Of a stretch of 64,000 nt of DNA, positions 11,572 to 34,608 are shown piece after piece. Location: contig CM119264.1 of the NCBI GenBank assembly GCA_051294375.1, positions 24,158,002-24,222,001 of the forward strand, read 5' to 3'. Below the pieces are notes generated by a model. It had not been told where the DNA came from. It made no database searches and saw nothing but the letters and a program-made list of their open reading frames with translations. A program made the translations under genes and the position numbers. Numbering within the stretch: the stretch's first letter is position 1; every line of letters begins with the position of its first letter. Source of the DNA: Paraspadella gotoi. Its lineage: Eukaryota > Animalia > Chaetognatha.

Positions 11572-13463
11572 TCCTACCCTCTTCTTTTCACACTAGGACC
11601 GGAAGTGGTCCTCAACGGGATCGCCCCCCACGTGACTTACGTCGACTACGAATGGGGTCAAGTTTGGCAGCGAAAATTGTTGCGCGACGTGACGCCGGCC
11701 AAGTTGAAGGGCGCCACGTGTCAGGAACATTCATACAAAATGGCGGACCTCGTTACACAACACCTTTACAAGGTGAAGCATAACAAGGTGGCGCAGTGTT
11801 CGCACTACTGGATGCAAGTTTTAACCGCGATCTCCGTAAAAATTTCACGCCAGCATCTTTGAGAAATTTATCTTACTTATCGATACTTATCAAACCTCTT
11901 ACCTTACCCACCTCGCCAGCGAGAGGCGAAGAAGGGCGGCCTCTGCCCCATCCGCTACGAGATCTACTCGGAACTCTTCGACGAGCTCATTCGGCAGCTG
12001 ACGATCGATTGTCCCGAGCGCGGTTTACTGCTGCTAAAGATCCGGGCGATCTTCGAAAACGAGCGGCAGATCTGGGTCACGCAGGTCTCGAAAATAAATG
12101 GAAGTAATTAAACGAAACGAATGAACAAACAACGCCTCCCATTTGGACCGCATAGTGCGCCAGCGCCACCGACGGATTCACGTCGCGCAAATTGACGGAG
12201 CTCAACGTGGCCGTCTCCTCGGAAACGGACGACGCGAGTCTCTCGACGGAAGAGAAGATGAATTTGAGGATCAAGGAAAAGTTCGATCAGAAGGAGGAGC
12301 TGGTAGTTGAGGGGGGGGAGGGCGGGGGGATTAATGGGGGAGGAGACCTTCGTTACAAAAAAGGAGGGGCGATAAGTCATAAGACTTTTTAACTGTTATT
12401 TCGACTACTGAGGGTTCGAAGCTTTGCAGGAGCCTCATGATCGATCGATAATGTGAGACTGGGATGGGTAAGACTGGGTAGTGGGTAAGATGGGTAGAAT
12501 ATTTTCCTCAGTAGGGGAAAATCTAAGAGCGAAGAAACCCCCTTTGAGGATTCTCGTGTGAAGACGAATGAAGTTCGGTGAAAATAACTCCGTTTTCCTC
12601 CCGTGTGAAATTCCGTCTGCCCTCAATTTTCTCTGTCTCTCTTTGTCCCCTCGACGTTCGACAGAAACGCGAAGTCAATTACTGGAAGAGCATCTACGAG
12701 ACTCTCAGCAAGAAGTACAAGTACCAGTTGGACGAGCTCGTCGCCAATCTCAGGGTGCGATTCTCCGCTTTTCGGGAGAGATTCGCTTCGATTCCGAGAG
12801 ATGTCCTTACGCTCGGCCTTGTTCCCGATGACCTTTTGTTTTTTTCCTAAGGCTGACAAAGAAACGATTGAGAAAGAGAACGCTTACATCACTATCCTCA
12901 AAGATACAGTCAAGCGCGATTCCACTTGGAATCCTTTCTGATTTAAAGCGTTTTCGCGGTACTGGGGGAGAATGAAACTGGTTACGACGTATTATGTATA
13001 ATATATTTTAACACTTACTTTTATAAAATGAGAATACAGATATTGATTAAAAACTATTCGCAAATAATGTAAAACACATTCAATGTTGTTTTCCTTAATA
13101 ATAACTATAGTCTTATTAACTAAAATTGCCAATAATTCCTTTTTCCTTACTAGTGTCGTACCAGGGGCTAATAGAAGACATTGTTCAAGACAGCCGTCTA
13201 TATAATTCCCATCATCATAAGAGTATCTTACAGGTAATACGATTGCCCATCTCGTCTATGACACAAGTTGTTATAGACTTCATAATGAATTTCCCCCCCG
13301 TCTTCAGGATCGCAAACTGTTGGGGGCTTTGTTAGACGTCATCGCTCAACCTTACAATTATTACAAATACGCCAACGTGTCTCGCACGATGTTCCCTTCT
13401 TCCTTCATTCGATTATTAAAGACGAAAGTGCGAAGATTCTTCACCAGGAATCGACGACGTTGA
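6026..13463 (+). CDS. SCUBE: SCUBE (signal peptide-CUB-EGF domain protein), 3' part: spacer, Cys-rich (GCC2/GCC3-type) repeats, CUB domain, C-terminal tail
   Basis: GT-AG exons at 6026-6196, 6455-6579, 6799-6970, 7597-7767, 9071-9238, 9415-9540, 9822-9904, 9989-10097, 10361-10561, 13154-13233 and 13308-13463 join in frame. Peptides [99 protein letters not shown] and [18 protein letters not shown] match recalled vertebrate SCUBE1-3 motifs. N-terminal EGF exons were not found in the window. Confidence 0.93.
7030..7545. repeat. Dispersed repeat family; related copy at ~27770-27960
   Basis: Shared blocks tattttgatgctag..gagtacaa, acttcattga, cttcat(c/t)gaaagct and aaagtcagggacaa occur in the same order at both loci. 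Confidence 0.65.
7087..7306 (+). mobile_element. tRNA-derived SINE-like insertion in a SCUBE intron
   Basis: A-box-like TGGTGCCGGAGG (~7132) and B-box-like GGTTCTAGCC (~7177) at tRNA-like spacing, A-rich end, candidate 7-bp TSD AATAATT (7080-7086 / 7307-7313). Confidence 0.55.
10911..12941 (+). CDS. Divergent axonemal dynein light intermediate chain (DNALI1/p28-family, Ax_dynein_light domain) gene nested in a SCUBE intron, same strand
   Basis: Exons 10911-11025, ~11230-11508 (acceptor uncertain), 11597-11772, 11920-12084, 12156-12302, 12665-12754, 12852-12941 (TGA). Exon 11920-12084 reads [42 protein letters not shown], versus recalled DNALI1 RQARETGICPVRRELYSQCFDELIRQVTINCAERGLLLLRVR. The N-terminus [13 protein letters not shown] resembles DSLLKYDTPVLVS, and the C-terminus is coiled-coil-like. 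Confidence 0.85.
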
Positions 13464-14928
13464 CGAAAATTAACAAAACAAACAAACATTCGTCTTGTTT
13501 TAAACGAAAATTAAATAAACTCTTTTTTTTGCTTTCTCTCTCTCGTCTCCACGAAGGAATTTGGGACCGCGACTGTTCTTTTTTTTTAAATTTGGTTGCT
13601 AATTCAACAAAAGGACAATCGACGACGACGACGACAAACGCCCCCTATCGCTCGAATTTTTTTTTTTGACGGCGTGTCATGTCTGTGTTATGTAAAATAG
13701 TTTTATTTTTTACGAATAACTCTTTATCTTTTTTTTTTCGCTGTTTTTTTTCTCGCGATTAAAAATAAGGAAGAAAAGACGCGATCAAAATATTTTTTTC
13801 TCTCTTTTTTTCCCATTCCTGAACTTGCAGCTCGAATCCGCCATTTTTTTGCGTCTCTTCGCACGCTAAAAAGCTTTTCATTAATTGTTTAATTCGTGAA
13901 ATATATATATATATTCAAATTTCAACATACGGACTTTTATTTAAGAGTCTAAATATAAATAACCTTTTTATGAAATTGGTACAACCAATATATATTATAG
14001 CTGATGGCTTCAAATTCGGTTGCTAAAATTCGACTATTACTTTTGCCTCAGAGTGCGGACCGAATGGAACTGTTTGTATATTGCCTTTTACAATGTGATA
14101 ATAATGTATAAATCCTCGTTATTTAGATAGTAATAAGTAGAAAACCACGTTATACATACCCGTTCGTAACAAGCTTGTAAAGATCTAAAACATGGCTTAG
14201 CCTTTAACTTTTTTTGCAATAAAGTATGACTGAAGAAGGTATAAAATTTTTTGATAGCATTTTTCTTTTAACCTGGGCTGTTTTAGATTTTGTATAAATA
14301 GGTATGTATGAATAAAGATTTAAAAACTAGATTGCTTACCCCTTCCGGTTTGTCTGAAATTTACTGTCTCCCATAACATGTGATATATACTGTATCTTGA
14401 GCCTCACTTTAAGGTATCAAATGCTTACTTGATATTAATAAAAGTTCAAAAAGGAAATTTTTTTGGTAATTTAAATAAAAACAAAAAAAAACTTCCATGT
14501 CCGTTAGAAAAATGAATCAAATCTTGTATGTATACTAATTACTCTGACTACAAACAAAAGTAAAAGTATTAAATGAGTTTGAGCATTATTATTGCAAGAA
14601 AAATGTTACGAAAAAATATTAGTTTTTTGTTTTTTTTCTGATTATCGTAAAAACCAAACGACTCTGATAAGTTGTAAGAAATAAAAAAAAGCGCAGTTCG
14701 GAAAATGAGTTAAATTTCATATTTCGCATTTAAGATATAAATGAAATTCTAAAGTAAAAGGGGTAGGATGTATTACAGAATTCCGTTGATTATTGAGATT
14801 CATTAATTTCTCCCAACTTACGCGTTATTGCTTGACAAAGAGACAACATATTACGGCTCAAAAGCATAACGGAATTGCGACATGACGCAGCATTAGCGAG
14901 GTCATACATGTTCCGCGACTCGATAATT

Positions 14929-16198
14929 CTATCCCTCCTTCACGGTGCTTTCGCCCGACGCCGGGTCCGCCGACTGCGCTCGCGCCGCTGCCGGCGTCGG
15001 CGGCGGCGACGCTCCCGGATTCATCAGCACCAAAATGATTGGCTCATTTCCCCCTCGCTCCACCACCCCGGCTCCATCACCCTTGTTCTCCACCGCTCCG
15101 TAGTCGTGGGGCTTCTGCTCCTCCAATACGCCGTAGGAGCTGGTCCGCTCCTTGACCCTGTTCTTGTAGTAAAGGACGACGCCGCAGGAGCAGAAGAAGA
15201 GGATTGCGATGACGCCGAGAACGGCGCCGGAGATGGAGAGGAGATCCTCGTCGAAAACGACGCCGGAGGTGGCGGGCGTTGTCGTCGCGGCGGCCGCGGC
15301 CGCGGCAGATGCGGCGGCGGCTGCGGCGCGGTCATCTTCGCAGAGAAAACCGTCGAAACCGAGATTACCCTCCTCCTCCTCCTCCTTTCTCTTGAGACAG
15401 AGCCTCTCGTCTTCCCCTCCAGGACAGTCCCTCGTTCCGTCGCAGACTTGAAAGAGATTCGTCTTCGTGATTCCGTCGCAGCAGCGAAAGTAGGAGAAGA
15501 GGGACGGGGTGAGTTGCCTCTGAAGAGATAGGGGGTGGGGAGGTTGGAGGGAGAGGATTTTGGCGATGAGCGACCAGGATTGAAAATGATGAAAATAACA
15601 GCCTTGTCAAAATTGAAAAAAAAACTACAATTCGAAGTAAATTCGGAAGCAGTAATATAAGGAGGAACTGCTATAAACCTTATTGGTACTCAAAGGTACA
15701 AATTTAACAATCTGATTCAATTTAATCGCCACAACACACAGCAATCGAAGAAATTACATAAAACACTGCGCCAACTACAAAACCACATCCAAAACGCGGC
15801 CATTAATATAAACAAAATCACGTCTGCAACCACCAGAAGAACTAAAACTACACTGAAGACGCAAAAAAAAGCAACAACAACAAAAAAAGAGAATGAACTA
15901 AATCGCCAAGATTCCCAACAGCAACCGAGCATCAACCACACTCTCGATCCTCCACCTTGACCACGCGTCGGCAGAGCGCGTCTGCGTGGTCGCTCCCGTC
16001 GGCGCAGTCTGGCCCGAATACCCCGTCGCAGACGCCGAGGTCGGAGGTGAGGCAAAAGACGCCGTCGAAGCAGCGGAAGAGGGGGCGGTAGGGTGAGGCG
16101 AGGGTGGAGCAGTTTTGGTTGACGGGGAGGGCGGTGGGGAAGAGGAAGAAGAGTAAGAGTTGGAGGAATAGGAGAGACAGCTTGACGTGGAGAAACAT
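14929..16198 (-). CDS. Type I membrane protein with two LDL-receptor class A-like repeats (LDLRAD/CD320-like architecture), ~277 aa
   Basis: Exon 1 (16198-15956): signal peptide MFLHVKLSLLFLQLLLFFLFPTA, then FRCFDGVFCLTSDLGVCDGVFGPDCADGSD. Exon 2 (15519-14929): FRCCDG...VCDGTRDCPGGEDE, an Ala/Thr stalk, TM segment ISGAVLGVIAILFFCSCGVVLYY, and a tail with YGVL. Phase-0 GT-AG junction. Confidence 0.8.
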
Positions 16199-16892
16199 TT
16201 GCTGGTTTTTTGGTTGGAAGTTTTTTGTATTTTGTTTTTTTTTCAGTTACGATTTTGAGTATTTTATAGTTTTTTTTGAGGGGGGGCGGTGTGGAGGATT
16301 TGTTTTGTTTTCGACGATTTCAGTCTCAGAAATGTTCTTTGCTTCAAGTTTTTAATTTCTTTAAAGATATTTTGTCTGACAATGGAAAGAAGGCAAGTGG
16401 GATAATAAATAGTTATAAAGAAATGCGTTTTCTTGATTGGTGGTTTTAAATCGAACATGTATAATTGCTGTTATGGTGGGATTTAACTACTTATGAATAT
16501 TCAATATGACGGGATATTTGTCAAGGAATAAGTTATTTATACTATTAAGCTGGTGTGTCCGTGTGAAACGTTCTGTGAAAATATTGCCTGTATTGCAACA
16601 GTTTAGCATACATATTTATTTTATTAGGGATTAAGAGAAAGAGAGAGAGCGAGAAAAAGAAATAGAAACTTTTTTGTCCCAAAAATAATGCAAATAAATG
16701 TTTTTTAATGCTTTTTTTTCCCCGTATCACAAAGTAGACATAAATTAAAAAAAAGCAAACTAATACTGTACGAAAATCTTTAAATTTTAAAGATTAAATT
16801 CCAGTTCGGAAAAGAATTTCGCTCGCAACGACGACGATGAAGACGACGACGATGAAGACGACGACGACGACGTCGACGACTGTCAAAATATA

Positions 16893-28383
<11,491 letters not shown>

Positions 28384-28771
28384 GTTGTTGCAGTTGTTGT
28401 TGTTGTTGTAGTCGTCGCTTTTTGGTTTTATCTTTAACCTGTCGGTGTTTTTATCTTGATATCGTTGTTGTTTTTGTGATAAGGTTTGTTTGTTTAAATG
28501 GTTGTTGTTGTTGTTGTTTTGATTGTTTTTGAAATAAGAGTTTGATTTTCGACGACATTCAGTGGTTTTGTTGTTGTTGTTGTTGTTCTTGACATTTAAA
28601 GGAAGCAGCGGCGATGATCTTTTAAAAAAGTTAAGCGATGGAATAAAAAGCTTTGATTAACGATTTCCACGATTTCAACGGAATTTTCCTTCATTTTTTC
28701 GTCGACCGGACGGACGGACGAATCCCATCCAACGTGTCTTCGTAATTTCCATGTCCGTTTATGTGTACCAA

Positions 28772-28785
28772 ATCGTCATAGCAAC
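28772..28785. promoter_or_regulatory. Candidate RFX X-box upstream of SPEF2
   Basis: ATCGTCATAGCAAC fits the relaxed X-box RYYNYY-AT-RRNRAC and lies ~390 bp 5' of the SPEF2 ATG. SPEF2 is a ciliary gene. Confidence 0.5.
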
Positions 28786-30981
28786 CAAGTTGCGATTCGC
28801 GACACGAACGAGTTTCGGTTTCCTGCCGATGTTCTTTTATTTAAACATGGGTTCGGAATTTACGTTGAGGTCTGCGAGGGAGCAGCAGAGATCGGAGAAA
28901 GAAGGCCGACGCTCGGGACGGAAGGAAGCAAAAAAAGACTAACGTCTAAAAAGTTTTTCACGTTTCACTGAAAACTGAAACTTTCAGCCATCTAGCAAAT
29001 TATTGTATTTTGTGAAAAATTTAGAAAAAAATCGTATTTCTTCCAATTTATACTATGCATTTTTAAATTTTAAACATTTATAATATCCGAAATGAGCCGT
29101 CGTAGTTTCCCGATGACAGTCAACAAAGACGACATCGAAGAATAAGTTAAGACGACGACGACGACATTTAACTGCAACGACGACCGAAGATCGAAACGTC
29201 TTCATTCGACGACGACGCTCGTGACAAATCACTTGACCTCGAAAGATTCTTTCTGACCCGCGAAGAGTTCACGTTTGCCTTTCCACCTCCTTCTCTTTTT
29301 CCCTCGATCTCATTATATTTCGTCTCAACCATTCCATCTCATCCAACCCGCCACCGCTGTTGACTTTCCCGTCGACCCCCGGGAAACCAGATGTCACTCT
29401 TTGATTTCTCGTCGCCTTCTTCGTCTTCATCGTCGTCGTCTTCGTCTTCGTCGTCGCCGACCTCACGCGAGTCACGCGCCTCATATTCGTCTCGTCAAAA
29501 CAAACAAATCGGCTGCTGGACCAATCACGAATCAGAGACTAAGATTAGATCAACGTCTCATCCAATGAGGAGAGGAGGAATTTCAGTTGTCTTTCGGTGG
29601 ACGACCTTTCTTTCCAATATCCGATTTCAAAATCTGTCAATTCGATCGTGATTCATTCGTTGACATAGATTCTTCTTCGACTTGGTTCATTCCCATCCCT
29701 CCGTCCATCCGTCCATCCGTCCATCCGTCCATCCGTCCATCCGTCCATCCATTCATCGATCCATCTAGATACGAATTTTTTCAGAGGAAATAATTGCCAT
29801 CGATTCTGACGTCAAATCTGAACCAAATTGAAATTTGATTGTCGACAGGCGTCGAAAGGATTTTGAGCCATAACTGACGGATAGATGATCCACAGATGAG
29901 CCTCAGATGATCCTCAGATGATCCTCAGATGAAATTGGAATAATTTGAGAGAACCGAAATTGACCTCTGATACAAATTCAACGTGGTTAGCGTTGTTTAA
30001 TTGTTTTTTTAGAGTTGTTAATAGTAAGTAAATAATGAATATTTTTCCACACTGCAATGATGAGAATAATTAGTTGTGAAAAAAAATAGAAGGTTTTTAA
30101 AATGTTTTAAACTCGTCCCGTCTTTCATTTACAAAAGTTAAATGATAATAACAAAATTAACAGAATCACAAATCTTGAAAATAAAAGGGTTTCTCCGCGT
30201 CGTATTCAGCGACGAGAGGCTCCTCTCCGGCTCTTGACTCTCTCTCTATCTCCGAATTCGTCTCTGTCTCTGTCGTCGAATTCGGAATCGTAATTCGACT
30301 CCGTCGAGTCCTCCGAGTAGTTTTCGTCGTCTTCATTGTCGTCGTCGTCGTCGTCGTCGTCTTCGCTATCAAAGCGACGCTTTCGTCTCAAGCCATTTTT
30401 CGCGTTCAAGTTTCGATTGTGTTTCTTTTTTGGTTTTCCTCGACCTGGAATGAAAGGGAAAATAGGCAATGTTTTTTTTTTTTGCGGAGCGATTGATCAA
30501 CTTATTTCATTAAAAAAGCTATTCGTTTATCGGATTGCTTAATTTATGGGTTGATTTACCCTTGGAGTAAAATGAGGATATATTAACAAATTGATTGATT
30601 GATTGATAAATTGATTGATAAATTGATTGATTGATAGCTTGATTGATTGAATTATTGATTGAAACTCCCGACTCAACCCTTTCCCCCCACAAACTTTACT
30701 TTCCCCTTTTCCCCCCCCCCAAACTTCTCACCGCCCATCTTTCTTCCTCCCCCTTCTTCCTCCACTGGCACCTTCGGACCCTTATCATCCTCGGCTTCGG
30801 ACGGTCTGATGATCATCATTAGCGAAACTTGTGGCGAAGGATAACAAAAATACCAACAAACAAACCAGAAACAAACAAAACAACATACAAACGTTAACCA
30901 TCGACAGCAACATCGATAGCAACGTTAACAACCCCATCAAAAACAACATCAACATCAGCGTCTATGACCTCATTGATTGTC

Positions 30982-32065
30982 TCAACTCTTCGATCCTCTC
31001 CTGCTGATCTTCGTCGAAGAGAGAGTATCGCCCGATTCGGTCGCACTCGCAGACGAGGCAGTGTTGGAGGTCTTGGTTGCACTGGCGACATCTGAGGCCA
31101 AAACGAAGAAAAGAGGGGTTTTCGTCGTCGTCGTCGACGTTTCAATGACAGTAAAAACAGTTAAGAGGAGATAATGGGTTTTCGTCATTATCACCGTTCA
31201 GATGCTGGACCAAGAAGTGACCCCTTAACCAGTGACACACGTCTAAGAAGTAAACCCATCGCAAATCTGTTTCTAACGTCAAAGAGACGTCGCTATTACC
31301 CAATTATTTTTGACCAGAAACCACCGCAAAGAACCACAGACCCCATACCCCACCTGACTGCGCAGACTGTGGTCGAGCAGCAGCGCGTGATGATGAGGTA
31401 GAAGAAACAGGGAAGGCAAATGGTGAGGACGAAGGTGGTCAGCGCCACGATGGGGAAGAGGGAAAGGATGCGGCGCGGCTGCCCCAGCATCTCCAACGGG
31501 GACGCAGGAACGCAGCTGGACGAAGAGATGGAGCCGGGATGGAGAGTGGTTGAGCCTGTAACGTTTATGGATATAAATAAAACTATATTCGTATGTATTA
31601 ATTTTAAGTAAGAGCTATCGCCACGTCCCTCGATAGCTCAGATGGTAGAGCGGAGGACTGTAGTAGGATTTACAGACGGTTATCCTTAGGTCGCTGGTTC
31701 GAATCCGGCTCGAGGGAGTTAATTTTTTAAATAAGATTCTTAGCCAGTCGTACGTAGTTTTTATATAAAATATATTATTAATAATAAATTAATATTTGAT
31801 TTTATATTGGTTGTACAAATTTCATAGTACTAACATTTGATCGACTCGAACTCTGACCTTCGGGACAAGTGACGCATTGAGAAGCCGTATCATGAGGCTG
31901 ATAATAACCCGGAGGACAAAGAACACATCGGCCCTTGAAGGAATAACGGCCTTTGGGGCAGGGCACGCAAACAGTCTCTCGAAAGCCGTAGCCGAGCGGG
32001 CACACCTCAACCACCTCCATCTTGGCCGCGTCACTACAAAAAGATGACATTGGGGTATTCGAGAC

Positions 32066-32155
<90 letters not shown>

Positions 32156-34583
32156 ACCTATCCAGCGTCAAATGTTGCTCCCCGCCGTGAAGACTGAATG
32201 TCTTTTCCCTCAGGAACCGCTGCAGCCGCGGCGCCGCAGCCTTGAGATCAGCCTCCAGCGCCGCCTTCATGCATTCGGCGCTGCATTTGCGGACCCGAAA
32301 TTTTTTGGGAAGTTCGATTTGGAAGAGGAGGAGGAGTTTCTCGAGGCTGGAGTCCTGGGGAGAAAAAGGAAAGGAAAAAGAAAGAGAGGACAATAAAATA
32401 AATGAAAATAAAATTAAATTATACGTATATTTGAAAAAAGTGAAAAAAAAGCCACCGTTTCCGATCCTCTGATCCGGGTCCCGTAACATCTGGCCGAAAA
32501 TCCCCGGATGTAACAGGAATTCTCCGGACAGACTGATTTGGACGCAGATCGACGGAAAGAGGTTCCGAACTGTTGGGCGAAGACGTCGTGGCAAACTGGG
32601 GCGGTGACGGGAAGAAAATAAATAAATTAATCTAAAGTAATATCGTGTGATATTTAAAATTAATGTAAACAAACCCTTGAGTTCGAAGATGAGAGACACG
32701 TTGTAGCAGATTTCGGGAAAAGTGAAAACATTGACGACGAAATCATTTGTCTCTATCGAGTCTTTGTAGTGATCTTGAGTCGAAAGGTAAGTTGTCCTGC
32801 AGCGCAGCGTTCCAGCGTCGCGACCCTGAGAAGTTTAGGGTCTTAGAATATCTCGCGATAAACAACATCAACAAGCCGGCCGTTAAAAACAACATCATGG
32901 CTAAAAACAACATCAACTCAATCGACCTGCAGATCTCGGATGACCAGCGTCCCTCTCTCGGTGATGGTGACTCTGCTGGAGAAGTCGACGGCTTCGGTGG
33001 AGTTGAGCCTTTCCCAAATGACCTGAGAGAAAATTGAACTTTCGTTGTCCGAACATTCTTGCGATCTTCGTCGTCGTCGTCGTCGTCGTCGTCGTCATTA
33101 TCTTCGTTCTCTTTTTTATGGTCATCTTTGACATCGTTAACGTCGTTATTTTCGTCGTCGACATCTTCGTCATCGTTGAACCTTCTGATCGACGACGTCG
33201 TCCGGATCGGTGGACGTGACGCAGTCGAGCTTCAAAGTGCTGCCCCTGAGAGCGTCGACGATCTGCTTGGCGGTGCTGCCCCTCGTCTCGCAGACGTGGC
33301 CTCCCCAAGGCGCGCGGCATGAGCATTCAAAGTCTGGGCCGTCGGCGTCGTCGCGTCGGTAGCAGAGGCCGCCGTGCTGACAGGGTCGGCCCGCGCAGGG
33401 ATTGCCCGATACGAATTCTTGGCAGAGAACGCCCGTTCGTGTCGACGGGCAGACGCAGACACCTGGTTGTGGTTTCGGAGGGGCATTTGGAGTCGTCAAT
33501 AAATAAATAAATAAATAAATGAATAAAGATATAACCATTTTAAAAACCCAGCAATTGCTCTTTTCCTAACCATACTTTAAAGATGAGTCCTTACCTAAGC
33601 AGGGAGTCCTTACCCTTGTGACACACCCCTTCGTGTCTGCAGCGTCGATCTTCCTTATCGTCGTCGCATTTCTCAACGCGCGTCTTGCAATGGATTCCCG
33701 TCCAACCGACGTCGCAGGTCTTTGTCAGTTCTGGATGAATTAAAATGATTGGATTAAAAAATAAATGATTCGAGAAATATTTTTTAAAGAAGTCAAAGAA
33801 TAAAATGGGGGAAAAAAATTATAAGCGAATCATATATCAATTGGTTAGCCGGTTTTGTGGCAGCGAAACAAGACGACCATTTAATACAATACAGAGCAAA
33901 AAATTACAATAAAATGTCATACGATTGTAGCATAAGGCTCATTTTTGAAAATATATATATAATGAGATTGATTTCCTCAATTCCTGATTCTTAAATTACC
34001 CGTCTTTTTCTCGCAATGTCTCCCCGTGTGACCGGGATGACATTCGCAGACAAACCCGGGGCCACTTCCCATCACGTGACACTCCCCAGCTCCGCAGGGA
34101 TCCCCGTCGCAGGGATCCGTGTCCGCGGACGCCGAGTGGGTCTCGTGGTGTTCGGTCCCGGCCCGATGGGCGCAATGCAGCCCGACGAATCCTCTCGGGC
34201 AGAAGCACCGGAAACGTCGGCCGTCGAGGGCGCGGCAGCTGCCTTCGCCGCAAGGATGCGGCACGCAGGGGTCGGGGGCGTCTCCGTCGTCCTCCTCCAG
34301 CGGATGAAGAACTTCGGCGATGTCGTCGTCCTCTGCATCCTCCTCCTCCTCTCCTCCTTTTCCATGGTCGTTTTCCAAATGAAGATCATTGTCATCGTTG
34401 TGATGGTTGTCATTGTGATGGTTGTCATTATAGTGGTGGTTGTCATCGTCCTCCAGGGCCCCTTTTCCATGATCATTACTCCAATGAAGATCATTGTCAA
34501 CGTTGTGGTTGTTGTCATCGTTGTGATGATTGTCATTGTGGTTGTTGTCATTATAGTGGTGGTTGTCATCGTCCTCCAGGACT
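30982..34583 (-). CDS. 3' part of giant His-rich EGF/Ig/ZPBP(Sp38)-like transmembrane protein
   Basis: End of the His/Asp/Asn repeat exon plus 2 EGF (to 34000). Exons 33730-33614 and 33462-33182 (EGF, then Ig start GSTLKLDC), 33022-32927 (VIWER...GTLVIRDLQ), 32826-32676 (DAGTLRC), 32595-32456, ~32354-32158, 32033-31858 (CPLGYG..CVPCPKG..CPPGYYQP), 31555-31354 (TM: ILSLFPIVALTTFVLTICLPCFFYLII). These splice in frame. Tail exons (~31292-31195, 31091-30982) are less certain. Confidence 0.8.
31627..31717 (+). tRNA. tRNA-Tyr (GTA) with 18-nt intron (31664-31681)
   Basis: CCCTCGATAGCTCAGATGGTAGAGCGGAGGACTGTAG-[taggatttacagacggtt]-ATCCTTAGGTCGCTGGTTCGAATCCGGCTCGAGGGA is a canonical eukaryotic tRNA-Tyr. 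The acceptor stem pairs and an oligo-T terminator follows. Confidence 0.97.
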
Positions 34584-34608
34584 NNNNNNNNNNNNNNNNN
34601 NNNNNNNN

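Noticed and set aside
14875-15531. 218-aa plus-strand ORF, and similar long antisense ORFs over SPEF2 and EGF exons
   Set aside because: Shadow ORFs of GC-rich exons; the opposite strand carries the recognisable protein.
29269-29568. Short ORFs between SPEF2 and the EGF gene
   Set aside because: Driven by (TCG/TCT)n low complexity, with no splice or homology support.
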